This document shows positions 50,213-63,945 of a stretch of 64,000 nucleotides of DNA, in pieces. The position numbers were made by a program, and so were the translations under genes. The notes beneath the pieces are model-generated. The model had not been told where the DNA came from. It was given only the letters and a program-made list of their open reading frames with translations, and did no database searches. Each line of letters opens with the position of its first letter. The stretch's first letter is position 1. This DNA is from Octopus vulgaris (taxonomy: Eukaryota). Location: assembly GCA_951406725.2 (NCBI GenBank), contig OX597823.1, positions 112,096,001 through 112,160,000 on the forward strand. Reading direction: 5' to 3'.

Positions 50213-50724
50213 CTGTAAATCCTCGAGTATAATCCACATTTTTTCCCCAAAATTTAAAGGTCAAAATCCCTAGTGCGTACTATATACGAGGTTAAAAATG
50301 AAAATTACTTCCTAAGCAATGTCTGAGTCTCTGTTTGCTGTCCGGCAATGTTTATTCAGATGCATTTTGTGATGTCGGGTGCGAAAATACCTTAAACTAA
50401 GCCTGAAAGCAATGAAGTCATGAAAGAACCATCCATAACTTGCAGTAAACAACATTTATTAAATGTTATTACTGTTATTTCTTTATTTTCTGCAAACAAA
50501 ATGCACAAAAAAGCTACATATTTGCATTATGTTATATATACAATAATAATAAAGAACATTACCATATACATTTTTACAAACCAAGGACGTTATATAGACC
50601 TCCTTGACTCAAGTTAGAGAAGGGGTGCATATTATACACAAGGTTTAGGTCTTTCAGAGGTACAGCCCCCTAAAAAGCCCTTGTGTATTATACTCAAGAG
50701 AGGACTATACTCGAGGATTTACGG
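50213..50724. mobile_element. pogo/Tigger-type MITE
   Basis: TA|CTGTAAATCCTCGAGTATA ... TATACTCGAGGATTTACGG|TA with subterminal repeats. Confidence 0.88.
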
Positions 50725-50961
50725 TACATGGAAATATGCCATTATTAACTGGAACCATTTTACTATGCAGACTTAAGTCTCTTAGACACTTAGAAAAGAA
50801 AAGGTGAAGTTGTATACCAACTATTATATGATAAAAGAAGAACATGCAATAGTTACTGGAATACACAAATCTTGGAAAAAAAGAAACTGTGTTAGAAAGA
50901 CTGCACAGGACAAGGAAGTGTGGAGGAGATTGGTTAATGGAATCCAATTGTTTCAGCATGA

Positions 50962-51372
50962 TACTCTTACTCTTACTCTTTTACTCTTTTCAGTCATTTT
51001 ACTGTGGTCATGCTGGAGCACTGCCTTTAGTCGAGAAAATCAACCCCCAGGACTTATTCTTTGTAAGCCTAGTACTTATTCTATCGGTCTCTTGTGCCGA
51101 ACCATTAAGTACAGGGACGTAAACACACCAGCATTGATTGTCAAGCAATGTTGGTGGGGGCAAACACAGACACACAAACATATACACACACACACATATA
51201 TATATATACGACGGGCTTCTTTCAGTTTCCGTCAACCAAATCTACTCACAAGGCCTTGGTCCACCCAAGGCTATGGTAGAAGACACTTACCCAAGGTGCC
51301 ATGCAGTGGGACTGAACCCGGAATCATGTAATTGGTAAGCAAGCTACTTACCACACAGCCACTCCTACGCCT
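50962..51372 (-). mobile_element. tRNA/CORE-like SINE
   Basis: Same family as 11714-12161. Confidence 0.9.
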
Positions 51373-51799
51373 ATGATGTATATTTGAAATTTATTTATTC
51401 ATATATGATAAATATGAGATCCAAGGATCAAGTTGTAGCAAAAAGGTGAGCTTCAAGCAATCCATAAAAAATATAAAAATCAACTTCCAGGAACAATAAT
51501 GGTTTATTGAGGAGGAAGCTTGTGGATTTTTTCCATTGTAAAGTATGATGAGCTGAAAAAAATTATTTTATATTTCACGGTAGGCAACGAGATATGCAAA
51601 TAAGATGCAAGAGTTATGGAATGGAGTAGATAATATTCAGGCTAAATATCTATCATAGCGAGCCAGAACCTTGGAAGTGGTAAATATCCATGCAAGGTGT
51701 ATACCACAGGCTACCCTTTAGGGCAAGAGTATGTTGAAGTGAGGCTTGTCGTAAGGAGGAACATGTCAACGTACAGAAGATATATATATATATATATAA

Positions 51800-52022
51800 A
51801 AAATTAAATAAGGGTAGAAATTGATATTAATCAATTAAAACCAGTGGCCTAGCATATTTAAAAAAATCCGAAGATTAAAACTTGTTTTTTTTATATATAC
51901 AAAATTTAGAGGATTGACCACTAAAAGTGGACAGCCTGTATGCTAGATATAGACGCCAAAATCGCCATTATCCACGAAGAATATGTTCTCAAGTGGTCAA
52001 TCCTCTAAATTTTGTATATATA
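51800..52022. mobile_element. (TA)n-embedded element with ~30-bp inverted repeat
   Basis: TATATACAAAATTTAGAGGATTGACCACT (~51894-51922) pairs with AGTGGTCAATCCTCTAAATTTTGTATATA (51992-52020); AAGGGT...CCAGTGGCCTAG end also seen near 33160-33205 (minus). Confidence 0.65.
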
Positions 52023-53198
52023 TATATATATATATTATATGGTGTGAAATTTGATTTAGTATTTCTAAATTGAATTTTTTTCCTTGTACGTTTTGGATTT
52101 TATTCCCTCAAATATTAGTAATTATATATACATATATATATATACATATATACATACATATATATATATACATATATACATACATGCATATATATATATA
52201 TATATATATATATGCATGTATGTATATATGTATATATATACACACATATGTATACACGCACACACACACATATATACTTCAAAAGTTTGATCTGAAATCA
52301 TAATATAAATAAATACCATCATCATCATTACTGCAAACATCAACAGTAATGATCCTTTCTCACTCTTGTCTCCTCTACTCCCTGCCCACAGTCATAACCA
52401 TATTGACAATAATAACAACTGGAATATCAACAACCAGTAACAACAACAACATCAACACGAACAACAACAACAAGAACAATGACAACGAATGAAACATAGT
52501 AACGGTAGTGACAGTGAGCTGATAGTCCACACTTGTACCATCACGACACCACCTGCACCTCCATCACTGACCATCACTTTCATTATGGCCATCACCCACC
52601 ACCACCACCACCACCACCACTGCCCCTTTTTCCCATTGACAACACACCACAATCATCATTATGTATATATTTAAACCAATTAGTTGAAAGTCTCACGGAC
52701 TGGCCATAATGTAGACTTCATCTCTGGAACTCCTCCCCCTCTTCCCTTCACCCCCTCCCTCCTATATTACTGACTGTCCATATCAATTAGCTGACTTCCT
52801 GCCTCTGTTCCATAGTGTCACCATTGATAATTGGTTTAACATAAGCCATAGTCTTCAGTGATGGCACCAGTTCTTTACCTATGTGGATGGACTCGTGTCA
52901 ATATGTGTGCATAGGCACATATGCATATATATATATATGTATATATGTATATATGTATATATATATATATATATATATACATACATACATACATACATAT
53001 ATATATGCATGTAAGTACGTATGTATGTATATATATGTGTACATGTGTGTGTTTGTGGATAGCTAGATAGACAGATAGACAGAGAGATGGATAGAGAGAT
53101 AATTACATACATACGTATATACACACACATACATACATACATACATACATACATAAAAGCATATGAATGATATATATATATGTATGTATATATATATA

Positions 53199-53244
<46 letters not shown>

Positions 53245-54195
53245 CACATATATATATATATACATATAGCTATATATATATGTATATATATGTATGTATG
53301 TATATGTATATATATATATGCATATACACATATACATGAATGCACATTTTAGTAAGTATGTAAGCATATATGGGAAACCTGTACTTTTACATGTGCTTGT
53401 GTCTCACTGTATGTATGTGTGTTTGTATGTTTATGTCTGTGTGTGTAGCGAACTCTGTGGCACGGTTGTTAAGCTTCTAACACACCAGCTTACAGGGTTC
53501 AATCCTCTGCCAGTCATACCAATTTCATTTACTAACATTGGGAACTCATAAAGAGAGGCATGAGTCTCACAACTTCCAAACTCATCACCTTGTCAATGAG
53601 GTTGATCATCCATCTAATTTTTTGTTTATGTCAGTGTTGTCGTCATCGCCACTATCATTGTCGTCATCACCATCTTCGTCGTGGTCACTGTCATCGTTGC
53701 CATCACTGACCATCACTTTCATTATGGCCATCACCCACCACCACCATTACGGTCCTCTTCACTGTCATCATCACCGCCATCATCATCATCATCACTGCTA
53801 TTGCCGTTGTCATTAGCATCATCACTGTCATCGTCATCATCACCGTCATCGTTGTCATCGTCACTATCATTATCATCACTGTCATCATTATCGTCGTCAT
53901 TGACAACATCATCACCATCACTGTCATTGCTGTCATCATTGTCGTTGTCATTGACATCATTGTTGTCATCATCATCATCATCACTGTCTTCATCGTCATC
54001 ATCATCGTCATTACCATCACTATTTGGCAGCTTCTAAGATGTAGTTCAGCACAGTGCACCAGGAATCTATGTCCTGTGGCTTTTGCAGATCTTCAATTTG
54101 GGAATCTGAGCAAGGAATATGTTGAATAAAATCGTAATTAACTGATCCTCCAGTATCTTATTTTCCCCAAAACCAGGAAATTTTCAGCACCCCTT

Positions 54196-54338
54196 CACAG
54201 CTGGCTTCTGCAACACATGCAGCTGCCTTCTACCACAAGCACAACTAACTTCTACCAGTGCAGCCTGTTTCTTTAACAAGTGCAGCTGACTTCTACAAAA
54301 AATGCAGCTGGCTTCTGTAACAAGTACAGCTAACTTCA
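54196..54338. repeat. Degenerate ~22-bp minisatellite
   Basis: About seven copies of TGCAGCTGRCTTCTACAACAAG-like units. Confidence 0.75.
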
Positions 54339-54471
54339 AGAATAAGCGAAGTTACTTTGCACGAAAATTGATAAGTTTGAAAACTAATCCATGTCCAATC
54401 ATGAAGAATATAACAGAAGTCAAATATCCTGTAACAAGAAGGAAAATTATATAATATTCATGTTATTGTAA

Positions 54472-55092
54472 ATGTTGTCCAACAGTGATTGCGTCATCCA
54501 TACTCTCAACAATGCGCCCTTAAATATGGTTTCTGATTACAAATATCTTGGGTCATCAATATCATCATCTGGAAAAGATTTTTTAACTAGGAAGGGTATG
54601 GCCTGGTCAGCCTGTAATGATATGCATAAGATCTGGTTATCAAATCTAAGTAGAGACTTCAAACTTGAAATCTTCAAACCCACAGTCGAACCAATTCTAC
54701 TATATGGCTCAGAAACCTGTACGTTATCAAAGAAGCTTGAGAGGCGGTTGGATGGAACCTACACTCACCTCCTTATGAGAGCTCAAAATCTCTCGTGGAG
54801 GCGTCATCCAACCAAAATGCAAATATATGGGAAACTACAACCTGTGTCATCTCTTGTGAAAGGTAGAAGAGTCCAGTTTGCTGGACATTGTTGTAGAGCT
54901 GAAAACGAGGCAATTTCTACTCTTCTGCTCTGGAAGCCATCTACTTGCAATACCAGAGGGCGCACACTCTCCTACCCTGATGTAATCTCCAGGGATTCAG
55001 GCATCCAGCAACAGGACCTCCGTGAAGTCTGGTGTAGCATGGTAAACTCCATTGTCTCGACCACGGTCGAACAATGATGATGATGATGATGA
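54472..55092 (+). mobile_element. 5'-truncated RTE-like LINE; RT C-terminal ORF running into a (TGA)n tail
   Basis: DYKYLGSSI...RKGMAWSACN...IWLSNLS...VEPILLYGSET.TL...RRVQFAGHC; the stop codon is the first tail repeat. Confidence 0.9.
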
Positions 55093-55369
55093 TATATTTG
55101 CTGAATCATGTGACTCAATCCTCTGGTCACATGAACAGGGCTTAGCAGCTTGAAGTAGGGGTTTGGATATGCAGTTGATTAAGGTTTTCTGTGGTTCAGA
55201 ACATTTTTGGTTACTGTAGCTTTGCATGAATAAATGCTGTACAGAAGGACTACATTATGAGACTTGAATGGGCACATTACAGGACTCAGGGCTGCTGCTG
55301 CTGCTTCTTCTTCTTCTTCTTCTTCTTCTTCTTCTTCTTCTTCTTCTTCTTCTTCTTCTTGATCATCTT

Positions 55370-55590
55370 CATCATCATCATCGTCACTGTTTAACGTCCG
55401 TTTTTCCATGCTAGCATGGGCTGGATGGTTTGACCGGGGTCTGGGAAGCCAGGAGGCTGCACCAGGGTCCAGTCTGATCTGCCAGTGTTTCTACAGCTGG
55501 ATGCCCTTCCTAACGCCAACCACTCCGTGAGTGTAGTGGGTGCTTTTTACGTCCCACTGGCACAGGTGCCAGGGGAGGCTGGCAGCAGCC
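55370..55590 (-). mobile_element. RTE-type LINE 3' end
   Basis: Family 3' UTR in antisense. Confidence 0.85.
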
Positions 55591-56399
55591 AGATGATAAT
55601 GATGATGGTGGTGGTGGTGGCAGCAGCAGTGGTGATGGTCTTTGTGATGGTGGTGGTGGTGGTGGTGGTGGTGGTATTGGCAGTGGTGATGGTTGTTGTC
55701 ATGGTAATAACAGTGGTACTAGTGCTGTTGCTACTGCTATTCGTGTTGTTGTAGTGTAAATTGCAGTTGTTGTTGTTGCTGCTTAGTCCTGATCTAGTAT
55801 AATTCAAGGTATTCCAACCACGCCCATCCATTCTTTGTTTAGGGGTAATTTACCTAATGCAGCCTTCCATACTTCCGATTATAAAGTGTAAGTTGAAAGA
55901 GATTTGGCTGCTATTTCGAGCAGGCTACCTTGTTAGTATGGGTTTTGCTGCTGCTGCTGGGGTTGATGCTGGTGGTGTTGATGGTGGGGGTGGTAGTGTA
56001 GGTGGTGAGAAGGTGATATTTGGGTTGGTGCTTCTGGTGGTGGTAGTGGGAGCGAAATGTTGTTGCTGGTGTTGTTGCTGTTGCTAGCAGTGGTGGTTGT
56101 AGTGTTGGTAGTAGTACCAGTAAGAATGGGGTGTGTTGCTGCTGCACCTGCTGCTGTTCTTGTCATTGCTGTCATTGCTGTTGTTGCTGTCATTGTTGTT
56201 AGTGGCAGCACTGGTGAAGGTAGTGGTTGTGATGGTGGTGGTGGTGGTGGTGGGGTTATGTCGAAGGTGGTGGTAGTAGTGGTAGTGAAGGTAGTGTTAG
56301 CAGTGGCAGTGGTGGTCGTCATCATCATCATTGTCATCATTGTCATTGCTGTGCTAACGCTACAACTCATGGTAGTGGTAGAGGTATTAATTCAAAGAG

Positions 56400-56437
56400 A
56401 GCTAGTAGCAATAATAGTAGTAGTAGTAGTAGTAGTG

Positions 56438-56475
<38 letters not shown>

Positions 56476-56518
56476 CGTGGTCGTCATCGTTGTCGTTGTC
56501 GTCGTAGTGGTAGTAGTG

Positions 56519-56559
<41 letters not shown>

Positions 56560-56596
56560 CGTCATTGTTGTCGTAGTAGTAGTAGTAGTAGTAGTT

Positions 56597-56655
<59 letters not shown>

Positions 56656-56710
56656 CGTTGTCGTTGTCATCGTCGTCGTAGTAGTCGCAGCAGCAGTAGT
56701 AGCAGCAGCA
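56400..56710. repeat. (GTA/GTC)n microsatellite
   Basis: Source of the 319-aa poly-V ORF. Confidence 0.96.
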
Positions 56711-57329
56711 GTCCTTCTTGAAATTAAGGTTGATGTTGGGGCATTGTTTACTTGTAAAGGGTGTTTGCGAACACTGGTGTTCATTGCCCTAGCTGTAACA
56801 ATACACAAATTATTAGTGGCGGTGGTGGGGGGGGAAGACGGCTGGCGGAGGGTGATGAGGTTTAATGGAGAGAAGTCGTGCATTTTTTATCATTTCTCTT
56901 ATCGAAAAATTGTTAATGAGAATTCAATAACAGCATACAAGGATAATATAATGCATTCTTGTAGTTTTCTTTCAGGAGTTTTCTGCTATAAGACTGGCAA
57001 AAATCCCATACAATAATCTAGGGCACATTACCTGTGGGAATTCACTACCAACAACTTCAAACACTAACCAATACCAGCGCTGTTGAGGTTTTAATTGCAC
57101 TGAATACTTCTGAGACCAACATAGCAATCAGATTTGTGTCTGAAACTGGGAGAACATTAGTTTAAAATTAGGTTTTAACCTATATTCAATCAACTTGAAT
57201 ATGTCTCAAAGTCAGTACTGGTGAAGATTAACTCTTTGGCAATGGAAGGTAAGAAATAATAAAAGAAACGCCTACCCAATCTCTAACCACTCCCCCCCAC
57301 ACACACATACTTACTTGTACACATATATA

Positions 57330-57504
57330 CATTATATATATATATATATTTATTTATTTATATATACACACATATAGATATATATATATATATATATATG
57401 TATATATGTACATATATGCATACACACACATGTATATATATATATATATATATATATAGGTATATAGATATATAGATATACATACATATATAAATATGTA
57501 TATG

Positions 57505-57548
<44 letters not shown>

Positions 57549-57589
57549 CATATATATATATATACATATACATATACATATATATATAC

Positions 57590-57632
<43 letters not shown>

Positions 57633-57944
57633 TACATATATATATATACACACACACACACATTTATACACACAAATGCACACATGCATACATACACACA
57701 TACATGCATACAAACATACATACATGCATACAAACATACATACATACATACAAATATACATACATACATACATACATACATACATACATACATACATACA
57801 TACATACATACATACATACATACATACATACATACATACATGCATGCATGCATGCATATCAGTGCCTGTATTCACTACAAAACATGATGATATCACATTC
57901 TGTTTGCTTCTGATTAAATTGGCTGAAAAATAACAATGAAAGAA

Positions 57945-58010
<66 letters not shown>
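57330..58010. repeat. (TA)n, (TACA)n and (GA)n microsatellite cluster
   Basis: Direct reading. Confidence 0.95.
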
Positions 58011-58012
<2 letters not shown>

Positions 58013-58753
58013 GAGAGATAAAGATATTGAAAAACACAAACACAAACATCATGAAAAGAAGAAAGAGAATGAAAGAAAGAAATTATAAAAAAAAAAGAAA
58101 GAAAATTTCTTTAGGTTTGTTCATTGTTTTGTTGTTGTTGTTGTATTCTTCCTTGTATTTCTTTGGGCTATTGTCATAGTTCGGGGTACAAGGGTAGAAT
58201 GGGGTAATAGAGTTATCAGCTTGTTTCAGCCTATGAGAAGATAGTGTATTTGATATGGTCACCGAGGTGACAGAATCGTGATGTAGAGAGAAAGGTTATA
58301 AAGGGAGAAAATGACTGCCAGCTGTAGCAATTTCTTTATATTTGGGGACAAAGAGGATGATTAACAGAGAGAAAGAGAGAGAAAGAGGGAGTGAGAGATG
58401 AGCCGGAAGAAAAAAAGGGGTTTTATGTTTTTATCGTGAAACACTTCTGAGAAATGTTTCAAACATTGGAATTATAACAGGGATATCATCATCATCATCA
58501 TCATCATCATCATCGTTATCATCGTCATCATTATTTCCATGTTTGCAAGGGTTAGATACACACACATATTTGTGTGTGTGTGTGTTTGAGTACATGTGCA
58601 TGCATGTATGTATCTCCAAGCAATGACTGAGCAGTGGTATATGTTCTGGCTTTCTACGTTCTGAGTTCAAATTCCATTGAGGTTTGCTTTACCATTTATT
58701 CTTAAAGGTCAATAAATGAAGACCAAGTTAACCTGTCAAGTGATTGATATCAA

Positions 58754-58790
<37 letters not shown>

Positions 58791-58850
58791 CAGAATTACA
58801 TTAGAGGAAAGAGGACGGGAAGGCTTCACCTGGTGTTCTTTTCTGCAGAC

Positions 58851-59173
58851 TGTGAAGGACCATGGCTCAATGGTTAGAGTGTCAAGCTTACAATCATGAG
58901 GTAGTGAGTTTGATTCCCGGACCGAGCAGTGTTGTGTTCTTGAGCAAGAAACTTCATTTCATGTAGCTCCAGTTCATTCAGCTGTAGAAAAGAGTTGCAA
59001 CATCAATGGCACCAAGCTGTATTGGCCTTTGCCTTTCCCCTGGATAACATCGGTGGTGTAGAGAAGAGAAGGGATGCTTGGGCGACTGCTGGTCTTCCAT
59101 AAACAACCTTGCACAGAGATGTACCTTGGAGGGAACTTTTTTTAGGTGACCGAAGGGGGTCTTTATCCTTTAC
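58851..59173 (+). mobile_element. tRNA-derived SINE with Nin/Deu-like domain
   Basis: Homologous to 12185-12537; TSD TTTCTGCAGA at 58840-58849 and 59174-59183. Confidence 0.85.
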
Positions 59174-61009
59174 TTTCTGCAGAAATGGAGAAGGGCTGAG
59201 TGAGAGTCTAAAAGGTTTTTTTGCTTACTGATTTATAACTAGAATTCTCTGTGGATGTTCTGAGCACAGTATTTTATCGATAGCAACAATAATTGTCCCT
59301 GAATTAGGTACAGGGCCAGAAATCTGCAAGGTCAGGTAAATCAGTTATATGGACACCAGTACACTTTATTATATCGACTCTGGAAGAATAAAAGGCGAAG
59401 TTGGTCACAGTGGGGTTTGAACTCAGAATGTAAAGGGTTGTAACTAAATACTGCAGGCCATTTTCTCCCATAGTCAAATGATTCTGCCAATACACCACTC
59501 TTTCCAATCAAAAGTAATTTCTGTAGATGGTGATATGTGTATGTTGGGGGGGGGGGGTAGGAAGAGAGAGAGAATGTGTGTGTATGTGTGTGAGCAAATA
59601 TGTGTATGCTTAGTTAACATATATTTTAGTCTCTCGGCTGGGTAAAACAGATGGTTTCCTCTGTGCCAGTGATAAAATTCCAAATCACTCTAGTTTTGAT
59701 ATTTATTGACACTTCATCAGAAATTGGTTTCGCTTTCCTGTCGAAAACTTACTCTCCAATGTTTAATTTACAAAGTTTTGCTATTGATGCAGTTTAGCCT
59801 CAGGCCTATCCTGCTTGAGCAGACCTATGGTCAAGCCATTCTTTTCATGACTACCCTATCTTCCTTTCAGAAATACATTATACATTTATTTATTCTTAAT
59901 CCAATAGGACAGAGTATAAACTTACCTTCTGTTTTTTCAGAGATGATAAAGTACCAACTAAGATAGTGGATTAGATGGGCAGGATTGTTAGAATGTTGTA
60001 TTCAGTAAGATGTTTTGTGGTTCAAATTGCATCTAGTTATGAATGTCCAGGGATAATCCCTTGATCCTGTGAGCACACTGTTCAACCAACAATTTACCAG
60101 AATGTGCAAATAATCCAACAAACAAGCAACATCTATATTAATGAAGGTGAGATTCTGTCAGTCCGGGACCACTGAATCTCAGTCTGCATTTGCTCTACAT
60201 AGACATATTATACCTTTTTGGAATCAGGATGATCCAAGGATTGAATATCTGCCCTTCATTTGGTTCTTGAACATCCCACACTGGGATCTGATTTAAAAGC
60301 ATCTGGATTGTTATTTTTAGCAGGTAAAGCTTGGCTGATTCCCACCATCTTTGTTGGCATTTGTCAGATGATGTCAGAGATCAAGAGGGAGATAAAGGAC
60401 ATTTGCTTCATTAATTTTATGTTGAAATAAGAACTTTGGCCAATAGTTGGAATTCATCTCGGGACTGGAACAATAGAGTGATTGCATTACAGAATTAATT
60501 CTCCTCAATTCTTAACCTCTGATCAAACACCACCAGGGCATATATAGATGTATTATAGTCATGCTGTTTAACGCTCTTTAATTTTGGGCCACAAGTCCAA
60601 TTAGCCCTCGACTGGAGGTAGCATAAAAGCCCGCATGGAGTGCTGCTTTTAAGCTTGTAGAGAATAAAGGAACTGTGAATAAAAGACTTGAATGCATTAT
60701 ACAATCAAAACATCATGCTTACTTAGATGAGCAGAAACTATTGGAGTAACAGTGGAATTAGACACAGAAGGAAACATAGTGATTTAGCAGGCAACTGCAT
60801 GTAAGGAATTGATGTGCGTTTATCTGTATATGTGTGTTTGTGTGTGGGTGCATACAAGTGTGTGTAGAATTGTTATTTGTCTTCCCAATATATCGAAGCT
60901 CCACATGCCAGACTGAGCCACCGAATTACAGAATTTATGTTAAAGATTGGTGTATCAACAATAGAGCTATGTCATTCTATGGTACACAGTTTATGAGTAA
61001 GTGACTGTC

Positions 61010-61475
61010 ATCCTCATCATTATCATCATCGTCGTCAAACATCCACTTTCCATGCTAGCATGGGTTGGATGACTTGACCAAGGACTGGCAAACCAGATGG
61101 CTGCACCAGGCTCCAATCTGATCTGGCAGAGTTTCTACAGCTGGATGCCCTTCCTAACGCCAACCACTCCAAGGGTGTAGCGGGTGCTTTTATGTGCCAC
61201 CGGCATGAGGGTCAGTCAGGTGGACTTGGCAGCAACCATGCTCAAATGGTGCTTTTTACGTGCCACCGGCATGGAAGCCAGTTTGCTGCTCTGGCAATGC
61301 TCACACTTGAATGCCAATCATTGAATTTGATTTCGATTTCGATTTCACTTGCCAGTTGGCTGGTTACATCCCTGGCATAGGCTATGAGGTTATGGTCTCA
61401 CTTGGTTTGCTGGGTCTTCTCAAGCACAGGATATTTCCAAAGGTCCCGGTCACTAGTCATTGCCTTGGTGAGGCC
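61010..61475 (-). mobile_element. RTE-type LINE 3' end, internally deleted
   Basis: Family 3' UTR plus ORF-end sequence homologous to 13590-13695. Confidence 0.83.
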
Positions 61476-62959
61476 AGTCATTTTGTATGTACATTAAGGT
61501 TTGGACTAACCAGGTCTGTCATATACATATGGTATATAAGTGTAGTGAGGGTGGGTCGTTGTTGTGGGTGATGATGGCAGGGAATTTTGGTGATTCATTC
61601 TTTGTATCAGAATCATAATTGTAGCCTTTGTTTCATCGCCATCATCATAATCAAGTTATCATAATCAGCTTCCTCCCTCTTTCTCCTCCTCCTTCTATCT
61701 AGACACCTGCTCGACATCATGATCATCATCATCATCACCACAGTCATCATCATCATCATCATCGTCGTCATCATCATCATCATTATCCCCACCACCACTG
61801 TCATCATCATCATCATCATCATCATCATTTCAGCAGCAGTAGCAGCTGCAGTGCTATAACTATAAATATTATCATCATCATCATCATCATTGTCAGCAGC
61901 ATTACCATCATCATTACGAACACTATTAACATCATTCTTAACATCATCATTACCACCACCACCACCACCACCACCACCACCACCACCACCATCGTCATCA
62001 TCATCATCACAGTCGTGTCTGCCACCGCTCCTTCTCCAGCTTTGTTACAAAAACATTTCTCCAGCTCAGTAAATGGGAGATGTTACCTTGATGGTAACAG
62101 TCACAACAATATTGTCAACAACGGTCATGCTACCATAGCAACTGTTTCACCCATTAACCTCCATTCAGGAAACTCCTACTTTATGTGGTGATGGTCATAA
62201 TGGAGAGGTTTTGAAATGTTATTTTGTTTTTTTGTTGGAGGAGCAGAAAATGTCAGGCACAGGATGAAAAATGTCACTCCGCCTCCACTGCCACCGTCAC
62301 CACTACCCCTCTTTCTCCTCCTCCTCCTCCTCATACTACTACTACTACTACTACTACTATTATCTTTTGGTGTTGTTTTGTATTCATGATATCACTTCAC
62401 TTTTATCAACTCTCTCTTCCCTGCTCTCCCTACCAACATAATTTCTGTGAAGATTATATATACATATATATACATATGTATATATATATATCTATCTCTC
62501 TATATATATATGCATACTCACACACACACACACTCACACACACACAGCACTTACAGATCCCTGTCAAAACCTTTACATTCATCAACCTTTCTCTACCCTA
62601 CTAGACATCTTTTTGCATTCCCCTCTTGGGGAATGTGAAAAAATTTTATGAGGAGTAAAGGACCATTTCTTTCTCTCTCCTTTTCCATCTCCTTCTCCAA
62701 CCCTCTTCCTTCACCTTTTCCTGCCATTCCATTTCAACCCATCCCTCATATTTACACCCTGTCCCCTTGCTCTGACCTCACTAATACAACAAACCTTTTA
62801 ACTATTCAACACTCATCAATCATTATGTTATATTTGTAAAAACATGATTTATTCCTAAAGAGGACATTACAATTTATTCTTCAGTCTAGAAATAACTTGG
62901 TTCCTGGTTCAAATCCATCCACAGAGAATCTTCTTCAAGCAGCTTCAACCAAAATGCAT

Positions 62960-63200
62960 CTGAATGATGAACCAGGAATTTGCCTCCCATTAGAATTGGA
63001 AGATCTTCAGATTTATCTTGTGTCTTTGCCAATAGCATCAATGAGTAGAAGTGAACTTCGTCCACTCTTAGAATGCTAAAGTCTGATACAGTATGTTGTT
63101 CATTCATGAAGACTGCAGCGGCCACCAAAGAACACTCTGCATTGAGCAATAATAGTTGATATTGGTAGAATTTGTCCACAAATATCCTCAGGTTTTGTTC
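62960..63200 (-). pseudogene. Very old RTE-like RT C-terminal remnant
   Basis: ICGQILPISTIIAQCRVFFGGRC and EDLPILM resemble IYGKL.PVSS....RRVQFAGHC of the 54472 ORF. Confidence 0.5.
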
Positions 63201-63231
63201 TCACAAATGAAAGGTTTTAAACTCTTACAAG

Positions 63232-63945
63232 AAAGTAGCTTGCTTACGAACGATATGGTTCTGGGTTCAGTCCCACTGCGTGGCACCTTGGGCAAGTGTC
63301 TTCTACTATAGCCTCGGGTCAACCAAAGCCTTGTGAGTGGATTTGGTAGACGGAAACTGAAAGAAGCCTGTTGTATATCATCGTCGTCGTTTAAGGTCCG
63401 TTTTCCATGCTAGCATGGGTTGGATGGTTCGACCAGGGTCTGGTAAGCCAGGAGGCTGCACCAGGCTACAGCTGGATGCCCTTCCTAACGCCAACCAGTC
63501 CATGAGTGTAGTGGGTGCTTTTTACATGCCACCGGCACAGGTGCCAGGCGAGGCTGGCAGTGGCCACGATCGGTTGGTGCTTTTTACATGCCACTGGCAC
63601 GGAAGCCAGTCGAGGCGGCACTGGCAACGGCCATGTTCGGATGGTGCTTTTTATGTGCCACTGGCACTGGTATCACAACTACAATTTCCATTGATTTTTT
63701 TATATATATGTATGAGTGTGTATATTTTTGTGTGTCAATGTTTGTCCCCACAACATCGCTTGACAACCGATAGTGGTGTGCTTATGTCCTCGAAACTTAG
63801 CAGTTTGGCAAAAGAGACCGATCAAATAAGTACTAGGCTTACAAAGAATAAGTCCTGGGGTCAATTTGCTCGACTAAAGGCGATGCTCCAGCGTGGCCAC
63901 AATCAAATGACTGAAACAAGTAAAAGAGTAAAAGAGCAAAAGAGA
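63232..63945 (+). mobile_element. tRNA/CORE-like SINE interrupted by an antisense RTE 3' end (~63378-63695)
   Basis: Same composite layout as 18502-19090. Confidence 0.88.

Larger units (their letters stand above)
47460..50950 (+). pseudogene. Heavily decayed RTE-like LINE (endonuclease to RT C-terminus) hosting nested insertions
   Basis: YLHP.N..VQMDHILINK (APE end), KAFSLDNIPVKIWK, AYTDDVALT (YADD), DFK*FGS, IWKSNL, AQDKEVWRRLV, all in colinear order. Confidence 0.72.

Noticed and set aside
56057-57016. 319-aa ORF and the other long poly-V/T/I/YI/H ORFs
   Set aside because: They are translations of microsatellites that lack stops in some frames
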